Assembly (NCBI GenBank): GCA_044226325.1
Contig: JBGAHG010000033.1
Location: 12,932 to 76,931, forward strand
Direction of reading: 5' to 3'
Source: Aggregatilineales bacterium
GTDB lineage: Bacteria; Chloroflexota; Anaerolineae; Aggregatilineales; Phototrophicaceae
Length of the DNA stretch: 64,000 nt
Each line of letters begins with the position of its first letter. The stretch's first letter is position 1. This document shows, one piece after another, positions 56,908 through 64,000 of this stretch. The translations under genes were made by a program, and so were the position numbers. Below the pieces are notes generated by a model that did not search any database, was not told the origin of the DNA, and saw only the letters and a list, made by a program, of their open reading frames with translations.

Positions 56908-59289
56908 TTATAGCTGATTGAGCGCCTTCCGGTAAGTATCAAGGGCGGCTTGCAGCTTGCCCTGACGCATTAAGGTGTCGCCCAGGACACGATGAACCGC
57001 CGGGCTGGTCTTGAATTTCTCGGCCAGTTTACCCAGATCATCAACCACGTCGTCCAGGACTGCGTTGGCACGGATCAACATTTCGTAATGTGGCAGGCTG
57101 GCATCCAGATTATTGCTGGTAGCATGAGTACGCGCATTTTGCAGCGTGGCGGCCACATCAATATTTTGGGCAGCAACCGGAACAGGTGCGGGCGAATGAC
57201 GCACAGGCACAATTGCAGGTGCAGATGGTGGCGGTGCATAGGTGATGGCTGCGGGCGCTGGTGCCGGAGTCGGTGTAACGACCATATCATCTTTAGTCGA
57301 GGTAATGGTTTGTTTCAGCCAGTCGGGAATATCGGCTGGTTCGACATCGACATCCGCCAGCCAATCCGGTACATCGGCAGCACCGGCTGTCTGTGGCTCG
57401 GTGATTTCCATTGTCAGCCAATCGGGCATGGCGGGTGAGGCTTCAGCTTCAGGCTCGGTGAAAGCTGCTGGCGCTGGCTCACTGGATACTCCGCCAAGCC
57501 AATCGGGTACCGCTGCAGGTTGACCTGCTGGCACATCCGTTTCCGGCGGCAGGGAGGCACTTTGGAGCGTGGTCGTGGTTGATATAATCGGTGTGGGAGC
57601 AGTCGGCACCGGAGGCATCTGTTCGGTCAATGCCTTCGGATCACGATGCGCCTGCATGTATTCCATTTCAAGGGCTTCGACCCAAGGATCGTTGGGATCG
57701 ATCAGGCTGGAAGCTTGAACTTGAGGCTCGTAAATGGGCGCGTCTGAAGGTGGCGCTTCGGTAAATCCACGCGTTTCTGACCAGTTTTCGGGAGCCGGAG
57801 TCGCAAAAATGCTGTCCAGATCATCAGTATCCGGTTCGTCTTCTTTGAGCCAGTCGGGAATATCGGTGACATCCGGTGGTTGCAGAATGGTATCGATCAG
57901 GGCTGGCGTCTGTGCGACCGGTATGGCTGCTGGAGCCGGTTCATCCAATGGGATAGCATCGCCCACCTGCTCGATTAGCCAATCGGGTAGATCAGCCTTA
58001 ACGGGTGGCGCATCAGGATCATAATCACCCGAGAGTTCTTCGGGTTCAGGACGGCTTGCGCCTTCCTTCAACTGACGCTGCATCCATGCTTCCATCTGAT
58101 CATGCGGAACCAGTTCACCCTTTTTGAGTGCCTGTTGAATATCACTGTCCGACATGACTTCGGCTGCGGGTGGAGGCGGCGCGGCCTGAGGCTTGGATGT
58201 CTCAAAGGCTTGCGAGGCCAACGAATCGAGCCAGGCTGCTGGATCGACGGGTGCTGGTGCAGCAAAGGGCGACGGCTGCTTCGGCGGCTCGGATTTGGGC
58301 GGTGGCACAGGCGAGTCAAATGTGTAGCTGGAATAACCGGCTGCCGGTGGTGCCGCTGGCGTGACCATCGGTGGCAGGTTAAGATCGGCTTCGGTGGTTA
58401 ATTCCTCATCGCGCGCGCCTTGACGCTTGGCGAGACTTTCCAGCCAATTAACCGGATCTTCGGCTGCGGAGGCGGCGACAGGTGCAGGCGTATCTTGTAC
58501 ACCCTGTTCCTGCGCGAGACTTTCCAACCAATTGACCGGATTGCTGGCGGCGGGCGCTGCCGGTGCAACATCGACCTGATTTTGAGAGAGACTTTCCAGC
58601 CAATTGACCGGATTAGTATCCATCGAGGGCGTTTCGGTGATGGCGGGTGTTAATTCTTTACCCAGTGAAGAAAGATCGAATTCAGGTAACGCACTGCTCG
58701 AATCAACTGCCAGACTTTCCAACCATGACAAGCTGGGTGATGTCGGTTCTGGCTCGGCTTCAACGGGTTCAGGTGGAAGTTCATTGCCGATGCCCAGATT
58801 TGCCAGCCAATCCGGCGCGGGTATGCCTTCATCCGGTGCATCAAAGATCGGCAATTGTGCTGCGGCTGGTGGCGCGATAGGCTCGGGAGGCGGTGTCTTG
58901 GCTACAGGCGCAGGCACAACCGGTTTGGGAATGGATGTGGGTGGCGGTTCAGGCGCTTTAGCAGCAGGCGCAGGCACGGGCGGTTTGACTGCTGGAGCGG
59001 ATGCGGGTGGCGGTGTTGCGGGTTTGGCGGCAGGGGGTGGAGCCGCTGCTGCCGCGGGCTTGGCAATTGGTACACCAAAGCTAATCTTCTTGCCGCGATC
59101 TTTACCTTCGGACGGTATATATCCAGGCTCATCAATGACAACCGAGTCGGGGTCAACTTCAGGGATATCGACGTTCGCATCGGTAGTAAAGCCTGAGCTA
59201 TCCGCCCCCTGGCGTTTGGCAAGGCTCTCCATCCACGCCATGATCTCTTCAGGAGTCATCGCGTCAAAATTTGGTGCATTATCCGCCAT
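56908..59289 (-). CDS. Acidic Pro-rich low-complexity protein with repeated PDWL/NWLESL motifs and C-terminal TPR
   Basis: Many x-W-L motifs in a P/A/E/D-rich background; ends VHRVLGDTLMRQGKLQAALDTYRKAL (TPR). Confidence 0.85.
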   Translation of the reverse strand: MADNAPNFDAMTPEEIMAWMESLAKRQGADSSGFTTDANVDIPEVDPDSVVIDEPGYIPSEGKDRGKKISFGVPIAKPAAAAAPPPAAKPATPPPASAPAVKPPVPAPAAKAPEPPPTSIPKPVVPAPVAKTPPPEPIAPPAAAQLPIFDAPDEGIPAPDWLANLGIGNELPPEPVEAEPEPTSPSLSWLESLAVDSSSALPEFDLSSLGKELTPAITETPSMDTNPVNWLESLSQNQVDVAPAAPAASNPVNWLESLAQEQGVQDTPAPVAASAAEDPVNWLESLAKRQGARDEELTTEADLNLPPMVTPAAPPAAGYSSYTFDSPVPPPKSEPPKQPSPFAAPAPVDPAAWLDSLASQAFETSKPQAAPPPPAAEVMSDSDIQQALKKGELVPHDQMEAWMQRQLKEGASRPEPEELSGDYDPDAPPVKADLPDWLIEQVGDAIPLDEPAPAAIPVAQTPALIDTILQPPDVTDIPDWLKEDEPDTDDLDSIFATPAPENWSETRGFTEAPPSDAPIYEPQVQASSLIDPNDPWVEALEMEYMQAHRDPKALTEQMPPVPTAPTPIISTTTTLQSASLPPETDVPAGQPAAVPDWLGGVSSEPAPAAFTEPEAEASPAMPDWLTMEITEPQTAGAADVPDWLADVDVEPADIPDWLKQTITSTKDDMVVTPTPAPAPAAITYAPPPSAPAIVPVRHSPAPVPVAAQNIDVAATLQNARTHATSNNLDASLPHYEMLIRANAVLDDVVDDLGKLAEKFKTSPAVHRVLGDTLMRQGKLQAALDTYRKALNQL

Positions 59290-59324
59290 CGCTCATTCCT
59301 CTCAGCATCGTGTCGCCCGATGGT

Positions 59325-62300
59325 TTATTGTAACCAGGGCGGTATATCTACATTATCCGCTTCACTCTCACCTGCGGGGGATTTGTCAGGCTGTTCAGTT
59401 GGCTTACGCAGCCAGGTCGGCAGTTTGGAGAAGACGAAGCGGCGCAAGGCTGTTTTGTCTGCCACCACTGTAACCTGCTGCGATTCTTCACTGACAATAT
59501 CCAGCAGCCAGCCAAATTCTGGACGTGTTTTGCCTTCTTTAGCGGGTGCGGGCGCTGCAGATGCTGCTTTGTTGGTCGGCAGGAATTCAGTTTCTACCGG
59601 CTCGTCTTCTGGAGCATCGTAATCCACGTCCAAACCTGGAACCATCGCATTGAGCCAATCGGGCGCATTGCTAGCTGGTGCGGGTGCGGCTGGCATCGAT
59701 TCTTCAACAGGTGCATCTTCCCATTGGTAGGTGTCATTCGACTCGCCGTTGGTCGCTGCCTTTTCAGTGGCATCGTTCATGGCGCTTAACCAATCAGGGA
59801 CATCTGCCGTCATTTCAGGGGCCATCTCCGCGGCTTCGGTCCATTCCTCATCAGTCATGGATTGGTCGGCATCTGTTACGGGTTCGGTTTGCATGTCACT
59901 TAAGACATCTGACATGCTGCCGGTCGGAACACGTGCGCCTCGGATATCGCTGATGACAGGCTGGGCTACATCCGGCTGTTGCATGGCAGACAGCCAATCA
60001 GGTGTATCATCTGCAATTGCTGCGGCAGGTTCAACTTCATCGTCCTCGGGCTGCATAGCGGCTAGCCAGTCGGGCGTATCAGCGACAGCCAGTGGTTCGG
60101 GTTCAGCCTGTGCTTCATCTTCAGGTTGCATGGTAGATAGCCAGTCGGGCGTATCAGCGATAGCCAGCGGTTCAGGCTCAGCTTCGGCTTGAGGTTGATC
60201 CTCGGGCTGCATAGCGGCCAGCCAGTCAGGTGTATCAGCGACAGCCAGTGGTTCGGGTTCAGCCTGTGCTTCATCTTCAGGTTGCATGGCAGCTAACCAG
60301 TCGGGCGTATCAGCAGCGGCCAGTGGTTCAGGTTCGGCCTCGGGTTGATTACCGACATCCATGCTGGAGAGCCAGCCGGGTGTATCGGCCATGCCGAGGG
60401 GTTCGGGTTCGGCTTGAGGCTCGTCGTCCGGTTGCAGGGCTGTGAGCCAATCAGGTGTATCAGCAGCAGCGAGGGGTTCAGGTTCGGCCTCGGGTTGATT
60501 GCCGACATCCATGCTGGAGAGCCAGTCGGGTGTATCAGCCATGCCAAGCGGTTCGGGCTCAGCCTGAAGTTCATCGTCCGGTTGCAAGGCTGTGAGCCAA
60601 TCGGGCGCATCGGCAGCAGCGAGGGGTTCAGGTTCGGCCTCGGGTTGATTGCCGACATCCATGCTGGAGAGCCAGTCCGGGGTATCAGCCATGCCAAGCG
60701 GTTCAGGCTCAGCCTGAGGTTCGTCGTCCGGTTGCAAGGCTGTGAGCCAATCGGGCGCATCGGCAGCAGCCAGTGGCTCGGGCTCAGCTTCGGGTTCGGG
60801 TTCGCCGGGTTCCAATGACGATGCCCAGTCGGAAATGGTCGCAGCCTGGTCTAATGCTTTAGCTGTATCTTCCGGTTCTGACCTATTTAGCCAGTTGGGG
60901 ACATTACTGGATGTAGTTGGCGCGGAGACAGTAGGTTCGGGCTTAGCTTCCTCAGCCATATCTATGCCTGATAACCAATCGGGCGCATCGGCAGCAGCCA
61001 ACGGTTCGGGCTCGTCGCCTATATCCATGCTGGAGAGCCAATCAGGTGTGTCAGTCATGCCAAGGGTTTCAGGTTCAGCCTGTGCATCCTGAGGTTGCAT
61101 GGAGTTAAGCCAATCGGGCGCATCGGCAGCAGCCAACGGTTCGGGCTCGTCGCCCATATCCATGCTGGAGAGCCAATCAGGTGTGTCAGTCATGCCAAGG
61201 GTTTCAGGTTCAGCCTGTGCATCCTGAGGTTGCATGGAGGTGAGCCAATCAGGCGCATCGGCAGCAGCCAGTGGTTCGGCCTCAAGCTCTGCATCCGATT
61301 GATTCCCAATGTCCATGCTGGAGAGCCAATCAGGAACTTCGTCCGATGTTGGAACAGGCGGTAATTCGTCTGCTGTAGACATCCATTCAAACCCGTTTTC
61401 ATCGACGGTTGATGCGGCAGCCAATGGCGTCTCAGTTTTTAGATCGCCCAACCAGTCAGGTGTGCTCGTATCTGGTTGTTCCACCTTGGGTACATCGACC
61501 GGTTCTTTACCCAGCCAATTCAACATGCTCGATCCAACTGGCTTAGATGCTTCTTCCGCTGCTGGTGTTACCGGTATGGTTGCATCCAAATCCGGTAAAT
61601 CGGTCATCCAGTCAATATCATTTTCAGATACAACCTCTGCACCGTCAACAATTTCGGTGTTGGCTGCCGACGCATTGAGCCAATCAGGGAAATCTGCCGG
61701 TGATGGTGCAGCAACTGCCTGGTCATCTTCTTCCATCCACGTAAAGGCATCCGATGGTTCGGCGTCTGGTTCAGGTTCGGAAGACAGCCAATCCAGGGGG
61801 TCTTTTTCATCGGCCATTGTATCCTGCCATTCTGGCGTTGCAGCCGTTGAGGAAACAGCCGCCTGTGCAGGCGATTGTTCCGGCAAAGATGTTTGATTAT
61901 TCACCAACGATTCAAGATCAAATGCTTCATCCAGCAAACTGTCATCAGACAGCCAATCCAGGGGATCATCAGTCGATGAGGGTGTCACCGCTGCCGGAAC
62001 AGGTTCAGGCGCAGCGGGTTCGGCACTTCGCAGCCAGGCGAGCGGATCGCCTGCCTGATCATCGGGTAAGGGCAGATCATCAGTGACATTTCTACCCTGT
62101 GGAGCAGTAGCATTCTGGTCCACGACCAGATCATTCCCACCATAGCCTTGCAGCCAACCAAGCGGATCAGCTGCATCCGCTGCGTGAAGTGCCAAATTGT
62201 CGGAGGCAGTATCGTACTGGTCGTTATCTTCTGCTCGGGCTGGCGCTGCTTCATCAATTTCAACACCGCTGCTGCGAAGCCAGGCCAACGGATCATTGTC

Positions 62301-63647
62301 GTCTGGTTGACTGACTCGTTCGCGGCGAAAGGGAAGATCCTCGGCAGGTGGTGCGCTGTCCGGTACGAGGCTGGCAAGATCAGGTAAATCACCGGTGTAA
62401 ACGGTTGGCGCTTCATCCACTGGCTCTGGCGGAACAACATCATCCATGAAGGATGCGAACAAATCCGGGGTTATTGGCTCAGGCTGCGGAGTTTGTTCGG
62501 GTACAGGCGCAAACCGTCCTGTAAGCCCACGTTTCGGGCCGGGGATATTCGATTGCGGTGCAGGTTCGGATGGGAGGCCGCCCGTTGCAGGTTTATTAAA
62601 GCGTCCGGCTAAACCTGAAAGCTGTCCGGTTGGCTTCCACACAGTTGGTGAGGTGTCATCCGCGACATAGGGCAAATCAGTCGAGCTATCGCCCCACTCG
62701 GCACTGGTTAAATCGCCACCGAAGGATTGTCTCGCCAGCGTGTCTTCGTCGACGCTAATGTCATTGAAGAAGTCGGGAACGGCATCCGTATCGTCGGTGA
62801 CTTTTTGCATCTCACCCGTGCCCGTGACATCCACATCGGAGAGCCAATCGGGTGTGCCAGCCATCATCTCGCGTTCGGCAGCGCGTTGATAATCCAGTTC
62901 TTCCAATTTAAAGGCGCTATCAGGCACATCTTGCCCCTGCGCCAGTTCCAATGCCAGATAAGGATCGAGCGATTCGATACGCCCGATGTAGCGCTGGGCA
63001 TCAGATGGACGCGACTCGGTCAACCACATGGCGGCTAACAGGGTGTTGGCGACCAAACAATCCGGTAGTACTTTCAAGACTTCAAGTGCGGTTTCGGCAG
63101 CTTCGACCCGCTGACCACGATCCCAATAGGTCTGGGCCAGCAGCAGCGGTAAATCCAACCGTTCGGGAGATGCGATACGTGCTTTTTGCAGCGTGTCGAT
63201 GGCTTGCTCGTACAAGCCGTTACGGATGTATTGGCGAGCAACGGCAGCAGCGGTTAACTGTACCTTGCCGTGTTCGGTTTTATGATATTTACGGTACAAC
63301 TCCCGCAGGTTGTCGAGGATGACCTGGTCGTTAGGTGTTTGTTCGAAGGCGCGTTCCAGATGCCAGATGGCGTCGTCCGGACGCTTTTCGATACGGTAAA
63401 CTTCGCTCAGTCCAGAGTGTGCTTCGCGATCATCAGGGTATATGCTCAGGACACGACGCATCACTTCGCCGGCTTCCGCCCAACGGGAAGTCGCTACCAG
63501 GGCTTGACCCAGAAGACGATAGGCCTGCGCATCCTTGGGATAGTATTGCAAGATATGCCGACAGTGCAGGATGACTTCGGCTGCGCTGCCACTCTTGAGC
63601 AGTGTATCTAGTTTGGCGAGATAATCTCGGAGGCTGATGTCGGCCAT
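59325..63647 (-). CDS. N-terminal TPR protein with a >1000-aa acidic PDWL-repeat region
   Basis: TPRs (AYRLLGQAL, AIWHLERAFE, LLLAQTYW), then dozens of D[AT]PDWL motifs; ends DNVDIPPWLQ. Start placed at MADISL. Confidence 0.88.
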   Translation of the reverse strand: MADISLRDYLAKLDTLLKSGSAAEVILHCRHILQYYPKDAQAYRLLGQALVATSRWAEAGEVMRRVLSIYPDDREAHSGLSEVYRIEKRPDDAIWHLERAFEQTPNDQVILDNLRELYRKYHKTEHGKVQLTAAAVARQYIRNGLYEQAIDTLQKARIASPERLDLPLLLAQTYWDRGQRVEAAETALEVLKVLPDCLVANTLLAAMWLTESRPSDAQRYIGRIESLDPYLALELAQGQDVPDSAFKLEELDYQRAAEREMMAGTPDWLSDVDVTGTGEMQKVTDDTDAVPDFFNDISVDEDTLARQSFGGDLTSAEWGDSSTDLPYVADDTSPTVWKPTGQLSGLAGRFNKPATGGLPSEPAPQSNIPGPKRGLTGRFAPVPEQTPQPEPITPDLFASFMDDVVPPEPVDEAPTVYTGDLPDLASLVPDSAPPAEDLPFRRERVSQPDDNDPLAWLRSSGVEIDEAAPARAEDNDQYDTASDNLALHAADAADPLGWLQGYGGNDLVVDQNATAPQGRNVTDDLPLPDDQAGDPLAWLRSAEPAAPEPVPAAVTPSSTDDPLDWLSDDSLLDEAFDLESLVNNQTSLPEQSPAQAAVSSTAATPEWQDTMADEKDPLDWLSSEPEPDAEPSDAFTWMEEDDQAVAAPSPADFPDWLNASAANTEIVDGAEVVSENDIDWMTDLPDLDATIPVTPAAEEASKPVGSSMLNWLGKEPVDVPKVEQPDTSTPDWLGDLKTETPLAAASTVDENGFEWMSTADELPPVPTSDEVPDWLSSMDIGNQSDAELEAEPLAAADAPDWLTSMQPQDAQAEPETLGMTDTPDWLSSMDMGDEPEPLAAADAPDWLNSMQPQDAQAEPETLGMTDTPDWLSSMDIGDEPEPLAAADAPDWLSGIDMAEEAKPEPTVSAPTTSSNVPNWLNRSEPEDTAKALDQAATISDWASSLEPGEPEPEAEPEPLAAADAPDWLTALQPDDEPQAEPEPLGMADTPDWLSSMDVGNQPEAEPEPLAAADAPDWLTALQPDDELQAEPEPLGMADTPDWLSSMDVGNQPEAEPEPLAAADTPDWLTALQPDDEPQAEPEPLGMADTPGWLSSMDVGNQPEAEPEPLAAADTPDWLAAMQPEDEAQAEPEPLAVADTPDWLAAMQPEDQPQAEAEPEPLAIADTPDWLSTMQPEDEAQAEPEPLAVADTPDWLAAMQPEDDEVEPAAAIADDTPDWLSAMQQPDVAQPVISDIRGARVPTGSMSDVLSDMQTEPVTDADQSMTDEEWTEAAEMAPEMTADVPDWLSAMNDATEKAATNGESNDTYQWEDAPVEESMPAAPAPASNAPDWLNAMVPGLDVDYDAPEDEPVETEFLPTNKAASAAPAPAKEGKTRPEFGWLLDIVSEESQQVTVVADKTALRRFVFSKLPTWLRKPTEQPDKSPAGESEADNVDIPPWLQ
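59990..61335 (-). repeat. Intragenic tandem repeats (~75-bp monomers in 135-, 150- and 156-bp higher-order units)
   Basis: Near-identical blocks recur at 60045/60201 (156 bp), 60442/60592/60742 (150 bp) and 61026/61161 (135 bp). Confidence 0.9.
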
Positions 63648-63776
63648 TCTGCTCTTTATCCTGTCGCCAGCAAACATAAATTCGACCGGCGTTCGGCTGT
63701 TTTGAAGATTATAGCATATAATCCGAATTCGGATGTGCAACCTATCTTAATCTATTTTATTCTACCGGATGGGAAA

Positions 63777-64000
63777 ATGGTCAGGTCGAAAAAGCCACAC
63801 CAAGTTTGGGTTTTGCTGATCGTTTTTCCGATGCTCCTTGGCTTCCAGACACCCATCCCATCCCAACCGACACTTGAAGATTTTTGGAACGGTAAAGCCT
63901 TGTGGGTGGTTGATGTTCCCGATGTCGGCTTGCCGGTCGGTGAGAGTGATACCCTCTATAAAGGAAATAATGAGTACTGGTCCTATCTTCATGCCAGTGA
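63777..64000 (+). CDS. Probable secreted protein, 5' part only (runs off the window)
   Basis: ATG 63777 is open to the window end: MVRSKKPHQVWVLLIVFPMLLGFQ..PTLEDFWNGKALWVVDVPDVGLPVGESDT. It has a signal-like start and is absent from the ORF track because no stop is included. Confidence 0.75.
   Translation, partial: MVRSKKPHQVWVLLIVFPMLLGFQTPIPSQPTLEDFWNGKALWVVDVPDVGLPVGESDTLYKGNNEYWSYLHAS

Noticed and set aside
59990-61335. Regularly spaced repeats as a CRISPR array
   Set aside because: The units are multiples of 3 within an open reading frame, the 'spacers' are themselves repeated, and no cas genes are present.
58604-61896. Long plus-strand Gly/Ser/Ala-rich ORFs
   Set aside because: Antisense shadows of the low-complexity Pro/Asp/Glu-rich genes.
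63762-63992. Minus-strand 76-aa ORF
   Set aside because: Shadow of the plus-strand gene starting at 63777.

Overview
Gene-dense bacterial chromosome segment. Gene content (fused glyQS, ScyD/E, TIR-TM, 2TM proteins, PDWL-repeat TPR proteins) points to Chloroflexota, probably Anaerolineae; this is an inference. It opens with the distal complex I operon (nuoG end, nuoH-I-J-K-L-M-N), whose membrane arm is unusually extended: NuoH has extra helices and a tail, NuoJ carries an inserted DUF4397-like domain, and NuoL has a ~29-aa lengthened lateral helix of the '2M' type although only one nuoM is present. A decayed DinB-family remnant sits between nuoI and nuoJ. Housekeeping genes follow (mfd, pth, dusB, glyQS, ndk) among transporters, secreted proteins and cytochromes. 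The strongest candidate for an undescribed system is an 8-gene cluster at 49.4-54.7 kb: small two-TM paralogs surround a Ser/Thr kinase that carries the same 2TM module, and seven of the eight genes end in a shared acidic tail (consensus RLTDDGELEE). Other leads are a serine protease followed by a free copy of its own prodomain, two giant acidic PDWL-repeat/TPR scaffolds, a Pth-DUF2087 fusion, a transcarbamylase lacking the STRT motif, and GTAG-type REP hairpins. No rRNA, tRNA, CRISPR array or transposase was recognised. All family calls come from motif recognition by eye, not from database searches.
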